Shown here: positions 1 to 13,135 of the stretch, piece by piece
How positions within the stretch are numbered: position 1 is the stretch's first letter
Layout: every line of letters starts with the position of its first letter
Program-made: the position numbers and the translations under genes
Notes under the pieces: model-generated
What the model saw: the letters and a program-made list of their open reading frames with translations, nothing else
What the model was told of the DNA's origin: nothing
The model's database searches: none
From: Eledone cirrhosa
Taxonomy: Eukaryota
Reading direction: 5' to 3'
Assembly (NCBI GenBank): GCA_964016885.1
Contig: OZ024754.1
Location: forward strand, 5,146,001-5,210,000
DNA length: 64,000 nt

Positions 1-42
1 GACTTAATGATGATGGTGATCATTATGATGGATGTGTGTGTG

Positions 43-73
<31 letters not shown>

Positions 74-856
74 GCACACAAAACTACATACTGTGCAGTT
101 GCATACTTCAAACCACCCCACCCCACACTACAATACACATTAGAATCTAAGAATCTCCACCGGTCAAACCTTTTTTTTTTTTTGTGTGTTTTTTTTGGGG
201 TTTTCTTGTTTTAAATATATATATTTATATATATATATTTTTTTTTTAGAATTTTACTTACCATTTATTTTATTTTCTATTATTGATTAATGTCTGAAGA
301 ATCACAGCAGAATTTTTAGCCAGAAGCTTCTTTTTGCCTCTTTCTCCTCTGCTGTCTTGTCTTTATAATTTCTCCCCCCACCCACCACCGACCACCAACT
401 CTGTAACCCCAAAAAAACAACAGAAGAGAAAATATATATATATATAAATCTAAAAAAAAATATATTGAATAAAAGTAAAATTAAATATATGTAAAAAATA
501 AAATAAAAAATAAATAAAAACAATTATAAATTAAAGAAAACAAAAAAAATATATATACATATAGAAAGTAAGAGAAAGAAGCAAAAACTTATTGGAATTG
601 CGAAGGAATTCTATTATAACTTAGCTAGAAGCAGAAAGATTCACCGATTCTGCAGAGTCATCCTGCTTCTGCTTCCATCTCTCTGGTCTCAACGCTGCAA
701 CTAACTACAATAATAATAATGATAATGATGATGTAAATAATAAAAGAAAATAAATGAATTTTCATTTATTTTTTAAAAATATATATATACATATATATAC
801 ATATATATATGTATATGTATATATGTAAGTATATAAGTATATATATATATATACAT

Positions 857-887
<31 letters not shown>

Positions 888-909
888 CAAACATATATAT
901 ACATACATA

Positions 910-945
<36 letters not shown>

Positions 946-1693
946 CATACACATATATATATATACATACACATATATATATATATATATATATACAAAC
1001 ATATATATATATATATACATACATATATATACATATATATATATACACATATATATACACACACATATATATATATTAATTTGTTTCTATCTGCCTAAAC
1101 ACACCTAGACACACATGTGTGCGTGCGTGTGCACACTTTTTCCTCTCTTTTTCCGAAAACTGCGATGTTGGAAATGGTGACAGTAGTCTTTGAGTGGTGG
1201 CGGCGGAAAGGGGGGACGGTGTTGTTGGATTCATTGGCGGTGGTTGTGCAGCGTAGCGCACAAGAGGAGTGAAAGAGAGAGAGAGAGGGCAGTGGTGTGG
1301 TTTTGATGGCAAAGCAGCACTATTATGCACATAGTGTGGCGGGAATGAAGGAATGGCAAGGAAGCGCGGGTGATGTGGAGGGGGCGGGGGTTGTTTTTTA
1401 TTTTTTTTATTTTATATTTTATATTTTTTAAATTGATTTTTGTAAGTATTCCTCTCTCATCCTCCCTCTCTCTCTCTGATCTCACTCCTCTCCCTTCTCC
1501 TCCTCTCTCTCTTTCTCTCTTTCTTTCCTCTCTCAAGAATGTGGAGTTGTTTTGTAATGCATGAAGGAAGTAGTTTCATCGCAGTTATATCACATCTCTT
1601 CTCACCTCCTGTACAGGAGAACATACATACATATATATGTATATATGCACATATGTGTATATGAATGTATATATGCATATATGCATATATATG

Positions 1694-1740
<47 letters not shown>

Positions 1741-1801
1741 GTATGTGTATATATAACCATACTAGCATAGAGAAGCAGACGTTAAATGATGATGATAGTA
1801 T

Positions 1802-1838
<37 letters not shown>

Positions 1839-1903
1839 CATACATACATACAAATATATATATATGTGTGTGCATGTTTGTATACTCTCAACCATTACAT
1901 ACA

Positions 1904-1954
<51 letters not shown>

Positions 1955-2041
1955 GTACATATATATGTATATATACATATGTACATATATATACATATGT
2001 ACATATGTATATATATATACATATGTACATATATATACATA

Positions 2042-2089
<48 letters not shown>

Positions 2090-2471
2090 TATATATATAT
2101 ATATATATACATATGTACATATATATATATATATATGTACATATATATATATACATATGTACATATATATATATATATATGTACATATATATATATATAT
2201 ATGTACATATGTATATATATATATATGTACATATATATACATATGTACATATATATATATATATATATATATGTACATATATATATATACATATAAAGTC
2301 TCCCACCTTAATCACTGTTCAGCTTTTCGAAAATTGCCAAATTGGAATTTGGTTTCTTGAAATGTACTGAGCGGAGGAGGGTGGTAGGATGGGGTGGATG
2401 TGATTTCTTTGCATCAGTGCACTACTATCTTATAAGAAGATGCAATGATGAGAGAAGATGAGGTTGATGGC

Positions 2472-2503
<32 letters not shown>

Positions 2504-2844
2504 AGCCTGAGAGACTATAGTAAGAAATAGCTACAACACAGAAGACCTGAAATGAGGTGTTGCAATCCTTGTGTTGTGTTCTTCTGGGAGAGAGAGAGGG
2601 AGTAGTGGTGAGAGAGAGGCAGGAGAGAGATAGAGAGGGGGTAGTGAGAGAGAGATGGGGGGGAGGTAGTGAGAGAGAGAGGGGGAGAGAGAGAGAAAGA
2701 GAATACAGCAACTATCATTTCTAATGACGAATTTTCAGGACAGTTTTCTGTGTAGGTTTTTATGTATGTTTGTATTTATTTATTTATTTGTTTGTTTGTG
2801 TGTGTCTATGTTTGTGTCTGTATGTGTGTGTCTGTCTGTCCGTA

Positions 2845-2876
<32 letters not shown>

Positions 2877-3247
2877 TGATGATTTCAAATGAATGAAACA
2901 GTTTTATTCCTGTGGAAGTCATATCTATCAGAAATATCTTATTTACCTTCTCTTCTTTAAGTTATTGAGTACTTTATTTTTTATTTAATTGTGGTGTCTG
3001 TCACTGTTTGTCTTTTGAAAACCATTCATATATATATGAATGGTAGTGTGATAATGATGATATATATATATGTGTGTGTGTGTGTGTGTATCAAGTTTAA
3101 TATAGAAATGCCTTCTACAGGACTAGTACTGTTTCATCATCTACTAATGTATTGAATACCTTATTAACTGTGATACCTCCTGATTGAACCCAGAACTCTC
3201 TCACACACGCGCACATACATATATATATGTGTGTGTGTGTGTGTGTG

Positions 3248-3343
3248 TAAAAGGTAAACAGAAATAACAACGCAATTGGTACAGTATATGGAAGGAATAT
3301 ATTAGTTTAACGCTTGAAATAGCAGGAAGGGGGTCTTAACGTT
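3248..3343 (-). mobile_element. Family B element 3' portion
   Basis: Reverse complement AACGTTAAGACCCCCTTCCTGCTATTTCAAGCGTTAAACTAATAT... matches 16543-16639. Confidence 0.7.
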
Positions 3344-3617
3344 ATACGTATATCTCCAATCCAAGACCTTCTCACTCCTGTTGAAGGAACCCCTCCTTGG
3401 TTGACCTCCATTTTCTATTTGGTATGGGTCATGTCTTCAGAGGTGTAGACATGACCCATACTCACCTTGTTTGGCCAATTGCAGCTTGATGAGACTGAAT
3501 GACCCATAGTCTGGGGTGGATGTCTGTTGACTGTGAGGAATTCATCCACCCTTTTTACAGCTCTCGACATCCCATGGGTACAAGCTGAAGCATACAGACA
3601 ATATGCCCCCACACACC

Positions 3618-3891
3618 CCACTGCAAGGTGGTCGTGGAGGTGCCACGGCAAAAAAGCACCCAGCCCACACTGTAAAGTGGACGTGTAGGCGCCACGGAAA
3701 AAGCACCCAGCACTCACTGTAAATGAGGTTGGTGTTAGGAAGGGCATGCAGCTGTAGAAATCAAGCCAAAATCAGTTCCTGTATGAGCAAGGCATGGTCA
3801 GCCGACCAGACACTGCCCACAACAGGACAACCCGTCTAACCCATGCTAGCGTGGAAGAACGGACGTAAAACGGTGATGATGATGATGATGA
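3618..3891 (+). mobile_element. 3' half of the same composite SINE
   Basis: Matches 15850-15955 in reverse and ends CCATGCTAGCGTGGAAGAACGGACGTAAAACGGT(GAT)n. A similar tail is at 17290-17348. Confidence 0.75.
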
Positions 3892-4274
3892 CATCTGATT
3901 CCTCTTATAACCCAGTTTTTTTCTCACATCTCCATACTTTGCCTCTAAATATATATATTCATTCCAGTTTCTTTTACTGCTGATTCACCGATTTATCTGA
4001 CCATGTCTTGAAAAAAGAACGGAAGAAAAATATACACTAATTTTTAATAACTTACTCTGCATGATGGCAGTGGCGGCAGTTATGTGTGTGTGTGTGTGTG
4101 GTGGTGGTGGTGGTGGCAGGGGAGTGATATACTGGGTGTGTCTGTTTATTTGGCAGCATGGTTTGTTCCGTTTGCTGTAATCATTTCGGTTCTGCCATGT
4201 TGGTTATTTGTGGTTATTTAGGTTCCGTTGGATCAGTGTCTCACTACTGAGTTACTAGTTCAAATATATTCACC

Positions 4275-4491
4275 TTAACCCTTTAGTATTTAAACCAGCC
4301 ATATCCGACTAGAATTCTCCCACCTCTTTCTGTTCAAACCGACTATAGCCGGCCTCTCATACTGATGTTAATGTATTGTTCTCAAAATAAATAATTGTTT
4401 CTACTTTTGGCACAAGGCCAGCAATTACCCAGTGCATTACTAGATAGACGTTAAACAATGATGATGATGAATGTAAATGCTAAAGGGTTAA
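4275..4491. mobile_element. TTAA-flanked MITE (piggyBac-like ends) with a nested SINE fragment
   Basis: TTAA-CCCTTTAGTATTTA ... TAAATGCTAAAGGG-TTAA. Confidence 0.7.
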
Positions 4492-4609
4492 ATATTTTTC
4501 GTTCTGTATTTACAATAAAATTACCTTGATTAATTATTTCATTAGTTTTTTTTGTTTTGTTTTTTTTATTAATAAAATATTCATAGAAAGGTAATTAAGT
4601 TTTCATTTG

Positions 4610-5040
4610 TAAGCTAACCTCAGCAGGATTTGAACTCAGTACATTATGGGCCGCAACTCTATGCTGCAAAGCATGTTGTCCAAAGCCCTTATTGATACTG
4701 TCAATCCACCGCTCTCAATAATTATAATAATAATAATTGTTTATACTTTTGGCACAAGGCCAGCAATTACTTCAGTGTATTACTGGTACTTTATTTTATC
4801 GACCCCGTAAGGATGAAAGGCAAAGTTAACCTCGTCGGGATTTGAACTCAGACCGTAAAGGGCCATAACTGTATGCTACAAAGCATGGCGTCTGACCCTC
4901 TACCGGTACTGCCTATCCAATAGTAATTGTTTTTACTTTTGACAGAAGGCCAACAATTTGCCCAGTGTATTACTGGTACTTTATTCTATTGACCGCTACC
5001 TATAAGAATGAAAGGCAAAGTTAACCTGAGTGTCGGGATT
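4610..5040 (-). mobile_element. Cluster of three copies/fragments of the major ~190-bp tRNA-derived SINE
   Basis: Reverse complement of the consensus GGCGGTGGATTGGCAGTATCGG..GAGTTCAAATCC..AACTTTGCCTTTCATCCTTACGGGGTCGATAAAATAAAGTACCAG..GCTGGCCTTGTGCCAAAAGTAGAAACA(ATT)n. Confidence 0.9.
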
Positions 5041-6236
5041 AATAATAATAAATGTGTAGATGATAAACTTGGCTAGAAGAAGTATCAGAATAAAATTTGG
5101 TTTAAACTGATATGTCGGTCATCTTGTTTATATCTTGTTTGGCCTCTCTCATGTTGAACTTTGAGTTGTTACTAAAACACTTGGTCAGCTATGTTAATGA
5201 TGGCGGTGGTGGTGGTGGTGGTGGTGGTAGTAGTAGTAGTAGTAGGTGTGGTGGTGGTAGTGGTTTGATATCAGTTTTTTTTTTTTCCTTGTTTTTCTCC
5301 TTTGCTTAATCAAATCTGTCCTGAGGTTATTTTAACAACTGACATGTTTCCAACGGTATACACCCCCACAACTGCCCCACGCACTCTTTCTCACACTCCC
5401 TCCCTCTCTCTCTCTCTCTCTCTCTTTCTGCTTGTCGCCATGGTTACACTAATGTGGTTACCTAAGTACTAGCTTATCTACTACCATACCTGCCATTCAG
5501 TACTAGCATGTGATCTTTGGACCTGAATGAGGGCAGGGTTCTTTTTTTTTATTTGGTGTTTGTGTGTGTGTGTGTGTGAAGGGGTATGTAGTGTTGAAGG
5601 TACAAACTATTTAGCCCCATTGCTTCATTTATCTACACGCTGTACACACAAACATATTTATATACTCTCAACCCCCCCCCCCCCCCCCCCCCCCCATCTC
5701 TTTCGTAACACACCCCTCTCTACCCACTACTGTAAACCATTGTAAAAACTGGAACAATCTACAATCTATAGATAACAGTGCTGTACTGGGGGTGGGACAT
5801 TAAGTTTTCATTGATGAATTAAAACTGGGGAGACTGAAGCTGTGTGGAAGCCCATCAGGTGGATTGTACCTGTAATTCAAAAGTCCAGTTATATTATACA
5901 TTGTGTCACGTGTCACTAATTCTGCCAGAGGAGAGTTACATAGGATACTTGACCACTTGATATTATATGTAATAGAACTGAGCTGGTAGCTACCAGACCA
6001 GGCTTTGCTGTCCACCAGGCTTAAGAGGTCAAACTGTCCAAGTGTCGGTCACTCTCTGATAGATGTGTGGTCAAGCAGGGGAGAGATATAGTGTTCCTAG
6101 ACCCTGGATCACATCCTTATTGTTGTCAAAGCAGAGTTGGCTACCCACAAGTGCAAGCCCTGCGAGGTGGGGTTGCTATCCCAGTACATCTCCCTCGCTG
6201 TCTTCCGGGCATTGACCAGGAATCAGATTCTATCCC

Positions 6237-6423
6237 TTAACCCTTTAGCATTTACATTATTCTATACTTACTATTGTATTTTCCCAGTAAAGGCTTTATT
6301 TTACATAATTATCTATGCAAATAGTCAAATTCTGTTGGAAGGTTTTAATTTAATTTAAAATGGATTGGTTTGTTTCTTAGAACCAGATAAGGTTTGGGGC
6401 AAGCTGGTATTAAAAAGGGTTAA
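6237..6423. mobile_element. TTAA-flanked MITE
   Basis: TTAA-CCCTTTAGCATTTA ... AAAAAGGG-TTAA. Confidence 0.65.
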
Positions 6424-6667
6424 TACACAAGCCAGATAGATGTCCAGTTGAATGAACAACTGAATGCTCATCATTAACACTGGTGGAGGACCACTCATCA
6501 GTGACATATATCATACACAGTCATGATAGAGGTGAACAGTATTCAACTGTCATATTCTGTAATTATCAAGTTAATTTACAATACAAGGTCACCAACTAAT
6601 TACCCCTGCTGGCCCACAACATCAGATATCAGATTAATTTTTTTACTGCTTTCTTCCTTTCTACTGT

Positions 6668-7180
6668 CCGGTGGATTGGCAGTATCGGTAGAGGGTCAGA
6701 CGCCATGCTTTGATGCACAGAGTTACGGCCCTTGCTATTCTGTGTTCAAATCCTGCCGAGGTTAACTTTGCCTTTCATCCTTTCAGGGTCGATAAAATAA
6801 AGTACCAGTAATGCACTGGGTAATTGCTGGCCTTGTGCTAAAAAGTAGAAACAATTATTTAGTGCTTAGGGCAGTGGATTGGCAGAATCAGCAAGCATCG
6901 GACACCATGCTTTGTGGCATAGAGTTGTGGCCCTTTACATTCTGAGTTGAAATCCCTTTGCCTTTCATCCTTACGGGGTCGATAGACTAAAGTAGAAACA
7001 ATTATTAGAATTATGACTCTTTACGTTCTGAGTTGAAATCCCACCGAGGTTAGCTTTGCCTTTCATCATTACGGGTTCGGGGTCAATAAAATTAAAGTAC
7101 CAGTAATGCACTGGGGTTAATTTAATAATTAACTCCCCGTGCGAAAGTGTTGACCTTGTGCCAAATCAGAAACAATTATT
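6668..7180 (+). mobile_element. Three tandem major-SINE copies
   Basis: Consensus motifs start at 6668, ~6869 and ~7010. Confidence 0.9.
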
Positions 7181-7816
7181 TAGTGTTTAGACAACTGACC
7201 TTTGACCCTTCTAATACTACCAAACCAACCTGTCCACCTCTCTATCCAGCCCCACATACAACTGACCCCTGCAACTAGTCTATGCTGTGATACAACAAAG
7301 TAGCTTTAAAGTTTGTATATTTCTCTTAAAAAACCTTTCTTCCCACCAAATGTCTGAATATTTCACCTCTTTTTGATTTTATTATCTGAATATCTGACCT
7401 GGCTTTTGTGAGAAATAAACTGGTGGTGTTGGTTGGGGTGAGGTGGGGTGGGGTGCCTGTCTGTGTGTGTGTGTGTGGGGGGGGGATCTGGCTGTGTTGT
7501 GGGTTGGTGGGGGGGGGTTGTGTGCTTGTCTATGTGAGTGGGTGTGTGTATATATATCTGGTGTGTGAATGTCTGTGTGTGTGTGTGTTTGAGTGTGTGA
7601 CTTATGCTTTATAACATTTAGAATACCAACCAATCCAAACCAAGTCCAGTGTTTTCACATCCTCCTCCACACACATGCACCCCCCCACGCACACACACGT
7701 GCTCCCCCTCCCCCCACGCCACTACTCACCATCAACTGACCCAAGCCAGTTACATATATATATATTATAGTTGAACAATAGTAGAAACTATATAAAGTTC
7801 AAGGTTTACTAAGATA

Positions 7817-7849
<33 letters not shown>

Positions 7850-7934
7850 TCTCTCTCTGTCTCTGTCTCTCTCTCTGTGTTGGAAAATTGTATAAAATGT
7901 TACCTAAATGTGTCACCCACACTCCACACTTCAC

Positions 7935-8220
7935 ACACATACTGGTGTCCACTTCACATCCACTCACACACACACACATATACTGGTATCCACTCACACA
8001 CATACTAGTGTCCACACACCCACACACACATACTGGTGTCCACACACCCACACACACACATACTGGTGTCCACACACCCACACACACATACATACTGGTG
8101 TCCACACACACACATACATACTGGTGTCCACACACACACATACTAGTGTCCACACACCCACACACACATACTGGTGTCCACACTCCACACACCCACATAC
8201 TAGTGTCCACTCCACACCCC
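7935..8220. repeat. Minisatellite CATACTGGTGTCCAC(AC)n
   Basis: About 9 degenerate units. Confidence 0.85.
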
Positions 8221-8393
8221 CACCTCCCTTTAGCAGAATCTGTAACATTACCAACAGCCATCAACTAGAAAATTACCCTTGACAGTTTGTTGCTGACTGA
8301 CCATCCTAGTCGGGGCCCTGACACTGTATATTTGTTAAATCTATTTCCACTGTAAATAACTGAACTATGTATTATTTAACTACATTGTTGCTG

Positions 8394-9020
8394 GTGGATT
8401 GGTAGTAACTGGTAGAGCATCAGACAACATGCTTTACAACATAGGGTCGATAAATTAAAGTACCAGTAATGCAATGGGGTCAATTTAATCGACTTTCCCC
8501 TCTCCCAGATTGCTGGCCTAGTGCCTATAGTAGAAACAATTATTGCTATTACTTCAAAGTTATTTTCTCCAAGACTCCAATCTATGCCATAAAAATTTAC
8601 CCACTTAAAACAAAACCCTGGTTCTATTATAGAAAACTGTTTATTTAAAATGTTTATATTTATCTAAAAACTTTCCATCATAATTTCATATAATTTTTAT
8701 TATTATTATTATTATGCCACGCTTAGCAGCATAGAGTTACGTCCCTTTGCGTTCTGAGTTCAAATCCCACCAAGGTCAACTTTGCCTTTCATCCTTACAA
8801 GGTCGACAAAATAAAGCAGCAGTAATGTACTGGGTAATTGCTGGCCTTGTGCCCAAAAGTAGAAACAATTATTATTATTATTATTATGCTCCAAACATCA
8901 GATAAACAATTGTGTCTACTTTTGGCACAAGGCCAGCAATTTGATGGGAAAGAGAGAAAGTCAATTAAACCACAGTGCATTACTGGTACTTTATTTTATC
9001 AATCACCATAAGGATGTGAA
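8394..9020. mobile_element. Major-SINE fragments (8394-8545 +, 8714-8870 +, 8905-9020 -)
   Basis: Matches to the consensus. Confidence 0.8.
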
Positions 9021-9470
9021 AGTCGGCAATGAATGAGATGACAAAAAAGGTTGGGAGCCCCTGGATTTAAATAAAAAGGGTTTTTGATAATGAAACATTT
9101 GGCCGCCACTGGTGTTATTGGTTGCGGTTTTAAGACCTAATGGCAACAAAGCTGGGTAATTCCATAGAAACAGTGAAAGGTCTGCTTCTAAGTTATAATT
9201 AAATTCCTCAACAATTCCAATACATTCTCCTTTTAGTTTCAATATATTTGTTATAAAATATTAGCTTTCTTTAAATTAGATTAGGTGTTATTAGGGTCAA
9301 AATATTGTGCAAAATACTGGATCTATTGAATTAATTCTACCTTGGACATTCTATAGAGTTAATCTGATCACTAACCCAAGAAAATCTTATTTCTGGCTTA
9401 CAGATTCTTTAATAACTCAATTCAAATTTGAAAATCAATTTTCCTAGATATACACAGTCATGACAGTGTT

Positions 9471-9505
<35 letters not shown>

Positions 9506-9744
9506 CATTATTATCATATATTAGCTTTCTATACTGACATGGTTTAAGCAAGCTATCGCAATCTGAGTCAGTTCTTATTCAGAGTTATCGGCCTCTTAGA
9601 TGGGTTGGGCGCATTGTCAGGTTCATATGTTCAAAATGTTGGCATGGTTTCTATGGCTGGATGCACTTCCTAACATCCAGTCGTATATCTGTTACATGTT
9701 ACAGTCGACAGGCTGAAGCCAAGTTGGGCCACCACCATTGTATG

Positions 9745-10088
9745 TATACGTCCACTTTTCCCTGCTTGCAAGAGTGGGAGGGGTCCTATTCAGCACTTCT
9801 CAAGGTCCTCCGTCATCTCCTCCGTGAGCTTCAGCATTCTCAGGTCAGCTCTCACCACCTCTGCCCATCCCATGATTTTCACGGTCTTCTTCTACTGTGT
9901 CTTCCTTCTACTGGCATTTCTTGGCACTTCTTTACCCAGCGGTCATCTTCCATGCGCATCACATGTCCATACCATCGCAGTCTTCTCTCCGGCACACTAC
10001 AACTTATCCCTCTTATACACAGTTTCTCTCTCAATTCATCTATGCTTGGTCATTCACGCACATTGACGTTGCACATCCAACGGAGCAT
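9745..10088 (-). mobile_element. Degenerate RTE LINE 3' end
   Basis: Minus translation MLRWMCNV..ELREKL..RRLRWYGHVMRM..VEGR..RRRP*KSW, with stops and a frameshift, followed by the tail CTTGCAAGCAGGGAAAAGTGGACGT. Confidence 0.85.
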
Positions 10089-10779
10089 ATGTATATATGT
10101 ATATATATATACGCACTCATACACACTGAGAGAGATTTAACATATGTTTTATTTCATTACACGTGTTTCACTCGTGATTCCGCTCAAAACCATTCGTAGT
10201 TACATAATTATTATGTATGGTTCAAGGCTGACTCCATTAGTCATGGTCTCCCCCAGACACATATAAACATTGACAGTTAAAAACAATCTATGTATGTATG
10301 TATATTTATGTATATATAAATATATATATTGTGTGTGTGGTGTTGATCATCTTTGCTATGTTCTTTACTGGATCACATTGCACAAGTACACCACAGCATT
10401 TTCTTTCTCACAGTTGGCAATCATCTAGAATTTCTACAGTAACCTACCCTACCCAGGTTCATGCTTGGTTTGTGATTATCATTGCTTGTCCTTACCCTGC
10501 CACCCAACCTTACATATGCACACAGATATGTTTATTTGGTGGGGCAGGGATTGTTGCAAAGTCGCTGATGTCTTTCAAAGCAGTCAACTATTTGACCTTC
10601 ACCATTCCCACTCACATATCAACCCCTCCCAACTCACTACATTGCGATATTATTTATTACACATTTGTATAGTAACCTTGTCACCAAGCACCTTGGCCTC
10701 TCTTTTTCTAAAGTACAACACCTCAACTAACTGTCAGTTGGCATGGTTCCCACTATTCTCACCACCATTATCACATTAT

Positions 10780-10900
10780 GATCCGAGTTCAAATCTCGCC
10801 GAGGTTAACTTTGCCTTTCATCCTTACGGGGTCGATAAAATAAAGTACCAGTAATACACTAGAATAATTGCTGGCCTTGTGCCAAAAATAGAAACAATTA
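10780..10900 (+). mobile_element. Major SINE, 5'-truncated
   Basis: B box through AGAAACAATTA tail. Confidence 0.85.
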
Positions 10901-11053
10901 TCACATTAGTCCTTTTCACTGATACCAAACTGCCTGAAATCACCCCTGGGTCTTCTTATACAAAACTGTTTATGTTAAAATGTATATATTTATATATATA
11001 ATTTTATGTAAGAACCTTTGTTAAGTTATGATGGGCTTAATCCTGTAGCATTT

Positions 11054-12237
11054 AAACTGACCACATCCGGCCAGAATTCTCTCACCTCTTTCTGTTCAAA
11101 CTGGCCACATCCGGCCAGAATTCTCTCACCTTTTTCTATCCAAACTGCCCACATCCGGCCAGAATTCTCTCACCTTTTTCTATCCAAACTTCCCACATCT
11201 GGTCAGAATTCTCTCACCTTTTTCTATCCAAACTTCCCACATCTGGTCAGAATTCTCTCACCTTTTTCTATCCAAACTTCCCACATCTGGTCAGAATTCT
11301 CTCACCTTTTTCTATCCAAACTGCCCACATCCGGCCAGAATTCTCTCACCTTTTTCTATCCAAACTTCCCACATCTGGTCAGAATTCTCTCACCTTTTTC
11401 TATCCAAACTTCCCACATCTGGTCAGAATTCTCTCACCTTTTTCTATCCAAACTTCCCACATCTGGTCAGAATTCTCTCACCTTTTTCTATCCAAACTTC
11501 CCACATCTGGTCAGAATTCTCTCACCTTTTTCTATCCAAACTTCCCACATCTGGTCAGAATTCTCTCACCTTTTTCTATCCAAACTTCCCACATCTGGTC
11601 AGAATTCTCTCACCTTTTTCTATCCAAACTTCCCACATCTGGTCAAAATTCTCTCACCTTTTTCTATCCAAACTGCCCACATCCGGCCAGAATTCTCTCA
11701 CCTTTTTCTATCCAAACTGGCCACATCCGGCCAGAATTCTCTCACCTTTTTCTATCCAAACTTCCCACATCTGGTCAGAATTCTCTCACCTTTTTCTATC
11801 CAAACTGCCCACATCTGGTCAGAATTCTCTCACCTTTTTCTATCCAAACTTCCCACATCTGGTCAGAATTCTCTCACCTTTTTCTATCCAAACTTCCCAC
11901 ATCCGGCCAGAATTCTCTCACCTTTTTCTATCCAAACTGCCCACATCCGGCCAGAATTCTCTCACCTTTTTCTATCCAAACTGCCCACATCCGGCCAGAA
12001 TTCTCTCACCTTTTTCTATCCAAACTGCCCACATCCGGCCAGAATTCTCTCACCTTTTTCTATCCAAACTGCCCACATCCGGCCAGAATTCTCTCACCTT
12101 TTTCTATCCAAACTGCCCACATCCGGCCAGAATTCTCTCACCTTTTTCTATCCAAACTGCCCACATCTGGTCAGAATTCTCTCACCTTTTTCTATCCAAA
12201 CTGCCCACATCTGGTCAGAATTCTCTCACCGCTTTCT
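11054..12237. repeat. 44-bp minisatellite, ~27 units
   Basis: Unit AAACT(G/T)CCCACATC(C/T)GG(C/T)CAGAATTCTCTCACCTTTTTCTATCC. Confidence 0.97.
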
Positions 12238-12384
12238 GCCTAAATCAGAAACAATTATTTATATTTTTTATATTAAAATATCTATTGATGATGATGATTG
12301 AATTTTTTCTTATTATAAATGAAATAAGATACAAATGAAAATTCCTTTTTTTTTTTCTAGGACAAATATTTTTGTTCATAGTTG

Positions 12385-12432
<48 letters not shown>

Positions 12433-12438
12433 AGTAAT

Positions 12439-12883
12439 GGCAGTGGATTGGCAGTATCGGTAGAGAGTCGGACGCCATGCTTTCAAGCATAGTTACGGCT
12501 CTTTACGATCTGAGTTCAAATCCCGCCGAGGTTGACTTTGCCTTTCATCCTTACGGGGTCGATAAAATAAAGTACCAGTAATGTACTGGGTAATTGCTGG
12601 CCTTGTGCCTAAAGTAGAAACAATTATTATTATTATTCAACCCTTGTGGTTAATAAAGAAAGCATTATTTTTCTTCTTATTATTATTATTTTAATAAAGT
12701 CAGTTGATTGGCAGCATCGGTAGAGTATCAGACATTGTTTTGTGGCATATAGTTATGGCCCATTACGTTCTCTGATCATCCCCACCTGAGGTTAACTTTG
12801 CATTTCATCCTTACGGGGTCGATAAAATAAAGTACCAGTAATGCACTGGGATAATTGCTGGCCTTGTGCCAAAAGTAGAAACA

Positions 12884-12928
<45 letters not shown>

Positions 12929-13135
12929 GTAGGGCGGTGGATTGGCAGTATCGGTGAAGGGTCGGACGCCATGCTTTGCAGCATAGAGTTACGGCCCTTT
13001 ATGATCTGAGTTCAAATCCCGCCGAGGTTAACTTTGCCTTTAATCTTTACGGGGGTCGATAAAATAAAGTACCAGTAATGCACTGGGATATTGTGCCTAA
13101 ATTAGAAACAATTATTATTATTATTATTATTATTA
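12439..13135 (+). mobile_element. Three full-length major SINEs separated by (ATT)n
   Basis: Copies at ~12439-12630, ~12700-12888 and ~12931-13115. Confidence 0.92.

Noticed and set aside
762-2370. YI/CV/HT-rich ORFs here and throughout the window
   Set aside because: Artefacts of dinucleotide microsatellites.
11054-12237. CRISPR-like array
   Set aside because: The units are contiguous with no unique spacers, there are no cas genes, and the context is eukaryotic.
11018-12301. 427-aa ORF as a protein-coding gene
   Set aside because: It is the translation of a 44-bp satellite with a TTG start and no domain similarity.
12931-13025. tRNA gene
   Set aside because: The A/B boxes belong to the SINE head, there is no cloverleaf, and the sequence is multi-copy with SINE body and tail.
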